Origin: Candidatus Micrarchaeota archaeon
Lineage (GTDB): Archaea; Micrarchaeota; Micrarchaeia; Micrarchaeales; Micrarchaeaceae
Assembly: GCA_027344745.1 (NCBI GenBank)
Contig: DAHWIS010000036.1
Coordinates: 1-26,961, forward strand
Reading direction: 5' to 3'
DNA length: 26,961 bases
Positions 1 through 9,138 of this stretch are shown here, in pieces. Under the pieces are notes generated by a model. The model was not told the origin of the DNA. It saw only the letters and a program-made list of their open reading frames with translations, and did not search any database. Position numbers and translations under genes: made by a program. Each line of letters starts with the position of its first letter. The first letter of the stretch is position 1.

Positions 1-17
1 AAAGAAATAGGGGGGTG

Positions 18-374
18 TCAGAGCAATTTTAACCTATCGGTGAATGCTCCTATCTCACGCCCATTCCATGGGCCTATGCCAAGGGCGGTCTTGCTCCCTG
101 GAGGTATTTCCGTAAGCCCTGCATCGGTCACTAGGGCGCACGGTATTTTCTTGAACTTAAACGCAGTATAGAGCTTTATCAGCGCTTCCTCGTTATCCAC
201 TTTAAGCACAATCTTTTTTTCCCCGGAGGCAAGCCATTCCCTAGCTATGGATTTATCGGTGCGCTCTGCCTCGAAATAGCTCATAAGCGATGCGTGCGCC
301 GCCTGTGCGGCTATCTTGCCCTTGCTCATTTCCAGATCGGCGCGTATTATGATTGCCTGCTTGAGTTCCACCAT
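18..374 (-). CDS. pth2: Peptidyl-tRNA hydrolase, archaeal/eukaryotic Pth2 type
   Basis: KQAIIIRADLEMSKGKIAAQAAHA, KKIVLKV and DAGLTEIPPGSKTALGIGP are the Pth2 signature motifs. Confidence 0.97.
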   Translation of the reverse strand: MVELKQAIIIRADLEMSKGKIAAQAAHASLMSYFEAERTDKSIAREWLASGEKKIVLKVDNEEALIKLYTAFKFKKIPCALVTDAGLTEIPPGSKTALGIGPWNGREIGAFTDRLKLL

Positions 375-395
375 GGTAGATTATTATAAAATAAG

Positions 396-1004
396 TTAAT
401 AAAACAATGCTTTTCTTTTGCCCATGTCCGAATCTTCGCGCTTGATTTCACTTATAGCGTCTGCAAAGCCCATGAACGATATGTTGCTGTGCATGCGTTC
501 TGCAATCCTGCCGCCTATTCGGTTGTAATCGCGCGGCACTAGAAAGACCTTTGACTTACTGCTGATGCCCATGGCAACATCATACTGGTCCTCGAAGACG
601 ACCTCTGGCTTGATGCGGTCATTTATGAAACCAGCCTTGTTTTTAGGTACAATGTCAAGCTCTACGCTGCCCCCTATTCCTGCATCTGCGATCATCTTGC
701 CTATTGATTCCTTTGTGGCGCGTGCATTTGATGTGACTACATGCAATTCAAAGCCTTTTGATGATAGAAATTTCATTGCCTCTGCAGCGCCGGGATCGAG
801 CGCGCTGCACCGGTCTATTATGTCACTGCCATTGTTAGGTATAAAACGCATCATGTTGAAAATCATCTCCTTGAACGACCTTTCTAGATCCGAATCCTTT
901 CTTATGAAATGCCGCCCAAATTCCTCTTCTATATCGTTCAATAATGCACCGTCTATGTCAAAAACGGCTATTTTTTTACCGGCGGATGAATTTTCTTGCG
1001 CCAT
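396..1004 (-). CDS. HAD-superfamily hydrolase, possibly 5'(3')-nucleotidase-like
   Basis: Motif I AVFDIDG, motif II VVTSN, motif IV VFEDQ, and FLVPRDYNR resembling the NT5C-type tail. Start placed at ATG 1004 (MAQENS), downstream of the TTTAAA near 1036-1041; the ORF track starts at 1034. Confidence 0.75.
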   Translation of the reverse strand: MAQENSSAGKKIAVFDIDGALLNDIEEEFGRHFIRKDSDLERSFKEMIFNMMRFIPNNGSDIIDRCSALDPGAAEAMKFLSSKGFELHVVTSNARATKESIGKMIADAGIGGSVELDIVPKNKAGFINDRIKPEVVFEDQYDVAMGISSKSKVFLVPRDYNRIGGRIAERMHSNISFMGFADAISEIKREDSDMGKRKALFY

Positions 1005-1120
1005 GCTCTCGCAATATAAGGATTCTACAATCATCTTTAAATGTCTATATACTACTACGTTGATTGTCCATTATAGTTATTCTTGCTATATTTTATATTT
1101 TCACTCTGAAAATAATTAAC

Positions 1121-2281
1121 GTGCTTTATGTGATAGATGAAAACGTTGCGAAATTCGCATCCTCGTTGTTCAAGAGATACTACTCAAAGAACAGGATAGG
1201 CGTAGACAGCGTTGCAAACAGGGAGTTTGGATTCGGAGATTTCGAGAGCAAGATATCCTACAGGCACAGGGAGTTCAAGACCGATGCCGAACTGCAGAAG
1301 TATATGGTAGAGCAGGCGCCGGCTTTCGTTTCCTATTCGGCTTCGTTTTACAGCATGCCGGCAGGTAGGCCGATGGAGAACAAGGGATGGCTCGGGGCGG
1401 AATTGGTCTTCGACTTGGACGCCACAGATCTTCATCTCGAATGCCAGAAAGCGCATGGCTCATCGTGGGTATGCGAGAACTGCTTCTCTTCGATAAAAGA
1501 CGAAACTATAAAGTTGATAGAAGATTTTCTTATGCCGGACTTTGGATTCTCCGAAAAGGAGATAAGGATAAATTTCAGCGGAAACAGGGGGTACCACATA
1601 AGGATAAAATCCGATGATATCTTTGGGCTTGGATCCGATGAGAGGAAGCAGATAAGCGATTATATATCTGGGAGTGGCATAAAAATGGAAAACTTCTTCC
1701 CCACCATAAACCAGAGGAACACGAAGCTCGAGGGGCCGCGGCCTACCGACTACGGGTGGGGAGGCAAGATGGCGAAAGGCATGATAGAACTGATTAACGG
1801 CGGGGAGGGAAAAATGGCTGCCATGGGCATAAAAAAGGCGGATGTGCAGATGCTTTTGAAGAACAAGCAGGAAATAATAACCGGAATAAATAATGGCAAT
1901 TGGGACATGGTTAGGATAAGCAAAAAAGCCGAATTTTGGAGAGGCATTGTAGAGAAAATGACAATAAAACAAAGCGATTCTATAGACAGGAACGTAACAA
2001 AGGACGTATACCATCTGCTCAGGGCGCCGAACACCCTGCACGGAGACACCGGACTGGTGGCGAAGAGGCTTGGCTCACTGCATTCGCTGCAGGTTTTCGA
2101 ACCGATGAAGGACGGGATAGTTTTCGGCGACAGACACGTCAGGGTGCATGCTGGAAAAGTAAGCGCCTTTTACATGAAAGGCGAGCAATTCGGCCCTTAC
2201 AATGATCAAGACGCAGAGATGCCGCTATACGCCGCCTTGTACCTGATGCTCAAAAGAGTAGCGACGCTGGCAGAGGTATAA
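1121..2281 (+). CDS. priS: DNA primase catalytic (small) subunit
   Basis: ELVFDLDATD (DxD), FSGNRGYH, IDRNVTKDVYHLLRAPNTLH and the Zn motif CQKAH...CENC. Start uncertain; GTG 1121 lies about 25 nt after TTTTATAT (1091-1098), consistent with a leaderless mRNA. Confidence 0.95.
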   Translation: MLYVIDENVAKFASSLFKRYYSKNRIGVDSVANREFGFGDFESKISYRHREFKTDAELQKYMVEQAPAFVSYSASFYSMPAGRPMENKGWLGAELVFDLDATDLHLECQKAHGSSWVCENCFSSIKDETIKLIEDFLMPDFGFSEKEIRINFSGNRGYHIRIKSDDIFGLGSDERKQISDYISGSGIKMENFFPTINQRNTKLEGPRPTDYGWGGKMAKGMIELINGGEGKMAAMGIKKADVQMLLKNKQEIITGINNGNWDMVRISKKAEFWRGIVEKMTIKQSDSIDRNVTKDVYHLLRAPNTLHGDTGLVAKRLGSLHSLQVFEPMKDGIVFGDRHVRVHAGKVSAFYMKGEQFGPYNDQDAEMPLYAALYLMLKRVATLAEV

Positions 2282-2344
2282 ATGGCTTTTTTGAGATATG
2301 CACAATAGAATAGATTTTTAATTTATAGTGTGGTAAAATAATTG

Positions 2345-3565
2345 ATGACAGAACGCATACTCGTATTGGCAGTCGATATAGACAACGACCTCTACCGCAA
2401 AACCAAGATAACTGGGCCGGTATTGGGCAGGAGCGCCAATCTGAAGGCAGCTGCGAAACTCGTTTTTGCAGACCCGCAGGATTCTGACGGCAACACGATG
2501 TTCGAAGCGGTCAAAAAATACGACGAATTAAGGAAGATGGATTACTCGGTCGGAATAGCTACCATAACCGGCGCCGAAAAGGAGGGATATGTCGCAGACG
2601 CTGAACTTGCGAGGCAGCTCGACAGGGTGTTAGACACTTTCAAGGCGGACTCGTGCGTGCTCGTTACCGACGGAGCGAGCGACAACAGGGTGCTGCCGAT
2701 ATTGAAGACTAGGGTAAAAGTCAACAGCGTAGACATAGTAAGGATGAAGCAGGCCGAAGAATTCTCAAACACGTATTTCACAATAATTGAGAAGCTTAAG
2801 GAGCCGCATTACGCAAGGATAGTGTTCGGCATACCGGCCATACTGCTGCTGCTGTTCGCTATAAGCTATTACCTGAATTATGGATGGCAGTTGCCGGTGG
2901 CCATCATAGGCGTATACCTGATAATAAAGGGATTCGGGCTGGAGGACGCATTGATGTCGTCTTTCCAAGGTTTCGGGTTCAGCGTGAGGAGGGCCAGCTT
3001 CGTGCTTTACATAAGCTCTATGCTTTTCTTCGTCATAAGTGTGATATTGGGATATGGGTATTATACGCATACGCTCGCCGCAACCAACAATCCGATAACG
3101 CTTACTGCAGCGGCAATCGAAGGGTTCCTGCTGATATTCCCGATAAGCCTTGTATTGTATTTTATAGGCAGGATAATGGACCTCGAGAACAGGCATCTGA
3201 GGTTCAGGGCCATAAGCCAGGGGTCATACGTAGGCTATATAATAATAGGGTTGGCCCTGCTCTACACAGCTGCGGCGTGGTTTATAGGCCAACTGTATTT
3301 TTGGGAGTTCCTGGTGCTGAGCGCATCGGCTATAATATTGGGGTATTTCGTATCGTACATAAGCCTTGTGCTTAAAAAGCGTGCAATAAAGAAAGCGGAC
3401 TTGAGGGATAAGAACGTCATAAATGACATAGGCGCATACATAGGCAAGATAACCAACGTAGACACGAAGAACGGCGTAATGATGATAAAAACGGATTACG
3501 GGCGTGTCATAAGATTTGACATAGACCGGATAACTAGCGTATCGGACAGGGTCATGGTAAGGTAG
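2345..3565 (+). CDS. DUF373-family membrane protein with a C-terminal PRC-barrel-like domain
   Basis: N-terminal ILVLAVDIDNDL...GPVLGR...DPQDSDGN and VTDGASD match recalled DUF373. About 6-7 hydrophobic segments follow, then KNVINDIGAYIGKITNVDTKNG (PRC-barrel-like). Confidence 0.8.
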   Translation: MTERILVLAVDIDNDLYRKTKITGPVLGRSANLKAAAKLVFADPQDSDGNTMFEAVKKYDELRKMDYSVGIATITGAEKEGYVADAELARQLDRVLDTFKADSCVLVTDGASDNRVLPILKTRVKVNSVDIVRMKQAEEFSNTYFTIIEKLKEPHYARIVFGIPAILLLLFAISYYLNYGWQLPVAIIGVYLIIKGFGLEDALMSSFQGFGFSVRRASFVLYISSMLFFVISVILGYGYYTHTLAATNNPITLTAAAIEGFLLIFPISLVLYFIGRIMDLENRHLRFRAISQGSYVGYIIIGLALLYTAAAWFIGQLYFWEFLVLSASAIILGYFVSYISLVLKKRAIKKADLRDKNVINDIGAYIGKITNVDTKNGVMMIKTDYGRVIRFDIDRITSVSDRVMVR

Positions 3566-3569
3566 GCAG

Positions 3570-3809
3570 CTAGAATTCATTAGACCCGTAGGGTAGCTTG
3601 TTGTTGTTTATCGTATTGTACCTGAGTATCTTCTCTACGGTGTTGATCGATTTTTCCCCAAGCACCCGGGGTATTACAAGGTAGTAGTATTCCCTTAGCT
3701 TTATCGCCTTTATCAGCATATAGTCCTTTGTTAGCAGGAATCCGATAATGTGGAATTGGCTGTCCTTGAGCTGTTTGCTTATGAACGCGAGCTTGTCTTC
3801 TACTTGCAT
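3570..3809 (-). CDS. Small hypothetical protein (79 aa)
   Basis: Fills the gap between DUF373 and the rpp29 promoter region without overlap; ATG start; no family recognised. Confidence 0.55.
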   Translation of the reverse strand: MQVEDKLAFISKQLKDSQFHIIGFLLTKDYMLIKAIKLREYYYLVIPRVLGEKSINTVEKILRYNTINNNKLPYGSNEF

Positions 3810-3877
3810 CTTATCAAATTACTATTTGCTACACCAACATATTTAAATGAGGTTTCTAAATTAAAAAGAAGAATGGA

Positions 3878-3895
3878 AAAGAAAGGTTTAAATTT
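3878..3895 (+). promoter_or_regulatory. BRE/TATA-like element upstream of the rpp29-ribosomal operon
   Basis: aaagaaaggTTTAAAttt: purine-rich BRE-like run plus TTTAAA (3887-3892). Confidence 0.5.
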
Positions 3896-4216
3896 ATGCC
3901 CTATTATAATAATAACTACCCAGATTACTATAATAACAAAAACATCGTGCTGCACGAGTTAATCGGTGCGAAGGTACGGGTTATTAAGAGCAATGACATT
4001 GCACAGGAAGGAATTAAAGGGATAGTAGCTGATGAAACCAAGAACACGGTTCTCATAGAAACAGCACAAGGTATAAAAATAGTTGTTAAGAAAACATCTG
4101 TGTTCAAATTCAGCATAGGAAGGAAGAACTTTATTGTTGAAGGCAGGGAAATAAACTTCAGGCCATATGAACGCATAGAGAAAGGCCTCAAGTTTTATAA
4201 GCGAAGGTGCTTATAG
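3896..4216 (+). CDS. rnp1: Ribonuclease P protein component 1 (Rpp29/Pop4)
   Basis: [10 protein letters not shown]...[13 protein letters not shown]...K...FKF...[12 protein letters not shown], in its canonical position before uS17. The start may be GTG 3947. Confidence 0.92.
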   Translation: MPYYNNNYPDYYNNKNIVLHELIGAKVRVIKSNDIAQEGIKGIVADETKNTVLIETAQGIKIVVKKTSVFKFSIGRKNFIVEGREINFRPYERIEKGLKFYKRRCL

Positions 4217-4266
4217 TCAAATCCGGATACGCTGGATTTCAGTTATGTTTTAGAAGGAGTGATTTG

Positions 4267-4563
4267 TTGGAGTGTAAAGATGAAAAATGCCCGATTCATG
4301 GGGGCCTCAAGACGCACGGCAGCGAAGTTGAGGGCATAGTGGTCAGCGACAAGGCTGCAAAGACCGTGATAATAGAGAGGCCTTATACGACCTTCCTGAA
4401 GAAATATGAAAGGTCCTTGAGGAGGAATTCCAGGATAGCGGCGCATAATCCAGAATGCATAAATGCAAAGGCAGGAGACCTGGTGCTAATCGCCGGATCT
4501 AGAAGGCTTAGCAAGAGCAAGTCCTTTGTAGTTACGAGGATAATCAAGAGTGATCGCAAATGA
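4267..4563 (+). CDS. rps17: 30S ribosomal protein uS17
   Basis: [46 protein letters not shown] start follows SD-like GGAGTGAT (4256-4263). Confidence 0.95.
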   Translation: MECKDEKCPIHGGLKTHGSEVEGIVVSDKAAKTVIIERPYTTFLKKYERSLRRNSRIAAHNPECINAKAGDLVLIAGSRRLSKSKSFVVTRIIKSDRK

Positions 4564-4958
4564 AGGCAATTAATGGAAGGGTATCAAAGACGCTAATACC
4601 GGGCACTATACTTACATGTGCCGACAACAGCGGCGCTAAGACATTAATGATAATAAACAAGATAGGCAAGGCAGGAGCGCATGGCAGGCTGGCAACGGTC
4701 GGTGTCGGCGATATAGTCATAGCGAGCGTCAAGAGCGGCACGCCGCAGTATATAAAGAAGAAAGTCCGCGCGGTCATAATAAGGCAGAGAGCCACCATAA
4801 GGAGGGTAAGCGGCATGAGGGTAAGATTTGAAGACAACGCGGCTATACTGATAACAGACGCAAATCTACCGGTTGCTACAGAAGTAAAAGGAGCAATGGC
4901 TAGGGAAGTCGTCGAAAGATTCATAAAACTGGCGGGCATTGCATCTAGGGTGATATGA
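4560..4958 (+). CDS. rpl14: 50S ribosomal protein uL14
   Basis: [29 protein letters not shown]. Confidence 0.97.
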   Translation: MKAINGRVSKTLIPGTILTCADNSGAKTLMIINKIGKAGAHGRLATVGVGDIVIASVKSGTPQYIKKKVRAVIIRQRATIRRVSGMRVRFEDNAAILITDANLPVATEVKGAMAREVVERFIKLAGIASRVI

Positions 4959-5393
4959 GTGATAACAAGCAGCAAACCGAAGGTGCAGAGGCGTTTTAGG
5001 GACAATGCACCTATGCACATCAAGCAGAAATTCGCCCATGCGCATATAGACAAGGCATTGGCCAAGAAGCTCAAGATAAAAAAGAAAAGCATCCAATTGT
5101 CAAAGGGCGATACCATAAAGGTGGTAAGGGGGCAGAAGAAAGGATCCAATGGCAAAGTTACCAAGGTGTATCTTAGGAAAGGATTTATATATGTTGACGG
5201 ACTAACGAAAAAGAATGCTAGGGGTAAGGAATTTAATATACCCATAAAAGTAAACAATGTTTACATAACCGACCTTAACCTATCGGACAAGATGAGGGCA
5301 GCAAAATTGAATATGAAGCCCGTAATTCCCGAGGTAAAAGAGGTAAAGGAGGAAAAGCAGGTCATCGATGCCGAAGTGGCAAAAACCGAGTGA
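4959..5393 (+). CDS. rpl24: 50S ribosomal protein uL24
   Basis: SSKPKVQR...AP.H, KOW motif KGDTIKVVRG; GTG start after GGGTGAT. Confidence 0.96.
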   Translation: MITSSKPKVQRRFRDNAPMHIKQKFAHAHIDKALAKKLKIKKKSIQLSKGDTIKVVRGQKKGSNGKVTKVYLRKGFIYVDGLTKKNARGKEFNIPIKVNNVYITDLNLSDKMRAAKLNMKPVIPEVKEVKEEKQVIDAEVAKTE

Positions 5394-5398
5394 TATTT

Positions 5399-6088
5399 AT
5401 GGCAAAGAAAGGCAATGTTAGACACATAAAAAGCATGAACGCACCGGACTATTACGGCATTCCGAAAAAGGAGAACAAATACGTGATAAAACCGGCTGCG
5501 GGCAGGCATAACGCTTCTACGAGCATAGCGCTGCTGCTTGGGATAAAGAAAATAGGCAAGGCAAAGACATCCAGAGAGGCGCTCAAAGTTATAAAGGGAG
5601 GCTTAATAACAGTAAACGGGAGGGTAATAAAGGATGTAAAATACCCCATAGGATTCGGAGATGTCATAGGCACTGCGGATGGCAAGCTTGCCAAATATGC
5701 AAGCATAAACAGGCAGGCACAGATAGTATTCGAGAACATAGAGGGCAAGGATCGCCAGTTGAGATATAAGGTAATCAACAAATACAAATCCAGCAACGGA
5801 GCAATCATGGCAAGGCTGCATGACGGCCGCACGCTGAAACTGGAGTCGGCGAAGGATGCAAAAATCGGCGATTCCATCGAGCTTTCCAAAGAAGGAAAAA
5901 TAATTAAGGTTCTGCATGTTGGAAAGGGGGCAGAGTGCTTCGTCATAGACGGTGTGCACGTAGGAGAGACTGGCAGGATAACCGAGATCACTCCGGGCAC
6001 AATGCACATATCCGCATCCGCCCAGATCGAGCAGGAGAGCGGAACAAAGTTCGAGACGCTTCTGAAGAATTTGATAGTTATAGGTTGA
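5399..6088 (+). CDS. rps4e: 30S ribosomal protein eS4
   Basis: RHIK..NAP, AGRH, TSREA..VI..G.ITVNGRVIKDVKYPIGFGDVI, LHDGRT, GVHVGETG. Confidence 0.96.
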   Translation: MAKKGNVRHIKSMNAPDYYGIPKKENKYVIKPAAGRHNASTSIALLLGIKKIGKAKTSREALKVIKGGLITVNGRVIKDVKYPIGFGDVIGTADGKLAKYASINRQAQIVFENIEGKDRQLRYKVINKYKSSNGAIMARLHDGRTLKLESAKDAKIGDSIELSKEGKIIKVLHVGKGAECFVIDGVHVGETGRITEITPGTMHISASAQIEQESGTKFETLLKNLIVIG

Positions 6089-6093
6089 CATTT

Positions 6094-6639
6094 ATGGCAG
6101 ATAAAAACAAGAAGGATAAAGGCGCAAACCCTATGACAGCCATAGGGATAGGCACCGTCACCATAAACATCGGCACGGGCAATGACAGCCAGCAGCAGGA
6201 AAATGCGAGGAGGCTCATAACGCTTATAACTGGAAAGAAGCCAGCTGACGGCATATCAAAGAAGAGGATCCCGCAGTTCAAAATATCCCCCGGGAGCAAG
6301 ATAGGTGCGTTTGTGACTATAAGAGGAGAGGATGCAAAAAAGCTCGCAACCAGGCTGCTTGCAGCTGCGGACAACAAGATTAGCGACAGGTGCATAACCA
6401 ATAACAGCCTGAGCTTCGGTATAAAGGAATACATAGACATAAACGGCATAAAATATGACCCAAAGATAGGCATGTTAGGAATGAACGTCAACATAGCATT
6501 CAGAAGGAAGGGGATAAGAACTGCGCTAAAGAAAAGGGCCCGCGGGGAGGTCGGCATGAAGCAGCGCGTTGTAACTAAGGACGACATAAAATCTTATATT
6601 GGCAAGGAACTGGGTGTAAGCTTAATAGGTGCAGTTTGA
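6094..6639 (+). CDS. rpl5: 50S ribosomal protein uL5
   Basis: NPM..I.I..VTINIG.G, ITGKKP, FKI..G.KIGAFVTIRG, SFGIKEYIDI.GIKYDPKIG.LGMNV. Confidence 0.97.
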   Translation: MADKNKKDKGANPMTAIGIGTVTINIGTGNDSQQQENARRLITLITGKKPADGISKKRIPQFKISPGSKIGAFVTIRGEDAKKLATRLLAAADNKISDRCITNNSLSFGIKEYIDINGIKYDPKIGMLGMNVNIAFRRKGIRTALKKRARGEVGMKQRVVTKDDIKSYIGKELGVSLIGAV

Positions 6640-6797
6640 TGAAAGTAAGAAACGAGGAAAAATTCAAGGGCAAGGGAGTGCGCATATGCAGAATATGCGG
6701 CACCAGCAGAGGCCTCATAAGATCGCACAAACTTTATATCTGCAGGAGATGCTTTAGGGAGGTAGCAAAGAACCTTAACTTTAAAAAATATGGATGA
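6639..6797 (+). CDS. rps14: 30S ribosomal protein uS14, Zn-binding type (52 aa, absent from the ORF track)
   Basis: Manual translation MKVRNEEKFKGKGVRICRICGTSRGLIRSHKLYICRRCFREVAKNLNFKKYG; CxxC...CRRCFRE motif; sits between uL5 and uS8. Confidence 0.97.
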   Translation: MKVRNEEKFKGKGVRICRICGTSRGLIRSHKLYICRRCFREVAKNLNFKKYG

Positions 6798-6802
6798 TTT
6801 AC

Positions 6803-7183
6803 ATGGATAGATTCTCAGATGCTATAAACACTATAAAGACGTGCGAACGGATAGGCAGGGCCGAGTGCAAACTGTATTCAACGAAAATGATAAAGTCGGT
6901 TCTTGACATAATGCAAAAATCGGGATATATAAAGATGTACAGCGAATACAGCGATAGGTACATAAAGAAATTGGATGTAAAGCTTTCAAACAATATAAAC
7001 GGCATCGGGGTAATAAAGCCAAGGTACGCAGTGTCGAAGGACAATCTTCAAAGGTACGAAGAAACCTATATACCGAGCAAAGATTTTGGCATATTGATAC
7101 TTTCCACGCCAGAAGGCATAATGACTAACCAGGAAGCCAAGACTAAGGGTACAGGAGGAAGGTTATTGGCTTACATTTACTGA
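6803..7183 (+). CDS. rps8: 30S ribosomal protein uS8
   Basis: D..SDAINTIK..E, IN.IGVIKPRYAV, LPS/IPSKDFGILILSTPEGIMT..EAK...GGRLLAYIY. Confidence 0.97.
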   Translation: MDRFSDAINTIKTCERIGRAECKLYSTKMIKSVLDIMQKSGYIKMYSEYSDRYIKKLDVKLSNNINGIGVIKPRYAVSKDNLQRYEETYIPSKDFGILILSTPEGIMTNQEAKTKGTGGRLLAYIY

Positions 7184-7193
7184 AGTTGATATT

Positions 7194-7715
7194 ATGGTAG
7201 ATATAGAAATCCCAAAGGGCATAAACGTTGAGGTAAGCCCGGACAAAATAACTGTCAGCGGAAGCTTGGGTAGGAACGAACGGGCGTTCAACAGCGCAAT
7301 TCTCAAAGTTGCAAAGAATGATGAAAAGGTATCGATAAGCACAAATGCCGCAAAAAGGCTGCAGAAGAAGGCATCCAGTGCCGCCATCGCACTTGCCAAA
7401 GAGATAAAGAACGACATCGATGGCGTCAGCAAGCATTTCGAAATCAACATGGAAAGCACGTTCGCGCATTTTCCGATAACCCTTGAAACAAAGGGGGATT
7501 CGCTTATTATAAAGAACATGCTTGGGGAAAGGGCAGCCAGGACGGCGCGCATCGTTGGCAGTACCAAGGTAGAGATAAAGGACAAAAAGGTCAGGGTTTA
7601 CGGCATAAAACTTGATGACGTTACGCAGACGGCTGCCAACATACGCATAGCTGTAAAGATAAGAAACAAGGACAACAGGGTATTCCAGGACGGCGTATAT
7701 TACGCATTGGAGTGA
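7194..7715 (+). CDS. rpl6: 50S ribosomal protein uL6
   Basis: IEIPKGI.V, AHFPI, IKNMLGERA.R, TAANI, KDNRVFQDGVY. Confidence 0.97.
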   Translation: MVDIEIPKGINVEVSPDKITVSGSLGRNERAFNSAILKVAKNDEKVSISTNAAKRLQKKASSAAIALAKEIKNDIDGVSKHFEINMESTFAHFPITLETKGDSLIIKNMLGERAARTARIVGSTKVEIKDKKVRVYGIKLDDVTQTAANIRIAVKIRNKDNRVFQDGVYYALE

Positions 7716-7720
7716 TAATT

Positions 7721-8113
7721 ATGAGAAAAATAATCAAGAGGAATGGATTGTCAAAAAAGAGGCATCCGACTTTCAATGTGCCAGGCTATGGCATAAAGAA
7801 CAGGAAGCATGTCATGGATAGGTGGAGGAAGCAGCGCGGCATAGATAACAAAAAGAGGATAAAAAAGGATTTTATGGGCGCCGAGCCGACCATAGGCTAC
7901 AAGACGCCTGATTCACTCATAGGGGTAAGGGCAAACGGAAGGAGGGTCATACTTGTAAGGAACCAAAACGACCTTGAATCGGCCTTGGAAAACCCGGATA
8001 TAAATGACTTCGATGTGACTATAGCAAGCGCCGTAGGGAAGAAGAAGCGCATTTCCATAATAGAGCTCGCTAAGAAAAACAATATAAAAGTAACAAACGG
8101 TGCACACATATGA
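7721..8113 (+). CDS. rpl32e: 50S ribosomal protein eL32
   Basis: RWRKQRGIDNK.R, PTIGYKTP, IASAVGKKKR..I...A. Confidence 0.94.
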   Translation: MRKIIKRNGLSKKRHPTFNVPGYGIKNRKHVMDRWRKQRGIDNKKRIKKDFMGAEPTIGYKTPDSLIGVRANGRRVILVRNQNDLESALENPDINDFDVTIASAVGKKKRISIIELAKKNNIKVTNGAHI

Positions 8114-8583
8114 GCATAAAACTTACACGGAGGATTGGAGCCTTAATATTAAAGCGCGGTAAGAACAGCATCCGCATAAAGCCAGACTCCATCGAGGAGG
8201 CGAAGAAGGCGCTTACCAGAGAGGACATAAGGTCGCTCATAAGCAAAGGAGGCGTATACGCACTGAAAGAAAAGCGTAATGAAAGCAGGCATGCAAAAAG
8301 CCTTTTAGAAAAGAAAAGAGAGGGCAGGAGGAGAGGGCCCGGAAGAAGGAAGGGAACTGTCAAGGCAAGGAGCGGGATGTCGTACAAGAAGAAGATAAGG
8401 GCACAGCGCAGGATAATAAAGGAGCTCAAGGCCACCAATGCAATAAGCAACGATCTGTTCAAGGAGTTCTACGCCCTCGTGAAGGGAGGCACATTCCAGA
8501 ACAAGGCATCGCTGATAAACCATATAAAGGGCAAGGGAGTGCAGATAAATGACGAGCTTTTCAATAAGCTAAAGCATATGTGA
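8110..8583 (+). CDS. rpl19e: 50S ribosomal protein eL19
   Basis: RRIGA.ILK.GKNSIRI, ALTREDIRSLI, GRRRGPGRRKGT..AR, IRAQRR, Y..VKGG.F. Confidence 0.96.
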   Translation: MSIKLTRRIGALILKRGKNSIRIKPDSIEEAKKALTREDIRSLISKGGVYALKEKRNESRHAKSLLEKKREGRRRGPGRRKGTVKARSGMSYKKKIRAQRRIIKELKATNAISNDLFKEFYALVKGGTFQNKASLINHIKGKGVQINDELFNKLKHM

Positions 8584-8588
8584 TATTA

Positions 8589-9134
8589 ATGTACAGCAAG
8601 ATTAACAGGAGGCGCGCAAGCGCATTGACTAACTACGACAAAAGACTAGCGCTCCTGAAGAGCAAACTAACCCGGTTGGTAGTGAGGAAAACCAACAAGA
8701 GCATAATAGCCCAGCTAGTAGGATACAAAAAAGACGGCGATTACATCATCGCAAACGCAAACTCCAGCGAGCTGAAGAAATTGGAATGGATGCCGCACAG
8801 CAACATACCTACGGCATACCTAACCGGGGCATTGCTTGCAAAGAAGGCCAAGGACAAAGATGTAGGCGAGGTAGTATTGGACATGGGACTCTACAAGCCG
8901 GTCAAATACAACGTCATATTTGCAGCGGCAAAGGGATGCAAGGACAACGGGATAAATCTAAAAGAGAATATAGAATTCGACGAGAAGAGGCTAAATGGCA
9001 AGCATATAGCAGAATACGCGAAAAAGGAAAAAGGGAATCAGGTGCAATTCAGCCAGTATGCAAAGGCAAAGTTTGATGTATCGAAACTGGATGAAATATT
9101 CGATTCCGTGAGGAAAAAGATTATAAACGAGTGA
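8589..9134 (+). CDS. rpl18: 50S ribosomal protein uL18
   Basis: RRR...TNY.KRLALLKS...RLVVRKTN, NIPTAYLTG.L, VFAA.KG..D.G. Confidence 0.96.
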   Translation: MYSKINRRRASALTNYDKRLALLKSKLTRLVVRKTNKSIIAQLVGYKKDGDYIIANANSSELKKLEWMPHSNIPTAYLTGALLAKKAKDKDVGEVVLDMGLYKPVKYNVIFAAAKGCKDNGINLKENIEFDEKRLNGKHIAEYAKKEKGNQVQFSQYAKAKFDVSKLDEIFDSVRKKIINE

Positions 9135-9138
9135 TTAT

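Noticed and set aside
4207-4266. N-terminal extension of uS17 suggested by the ORF track (and similarly uL5 from 5935, priS from 1064)
   Set aside because: Better starts with SD or TATA support give family-typical N-termini; the extensions overlap upstream genes or promoters
5331-5350. GAGGTAAAA tandem repeat in uL24
   Set aside because: Simply encodes EVKEVK in a low-complexity C-terminal tail
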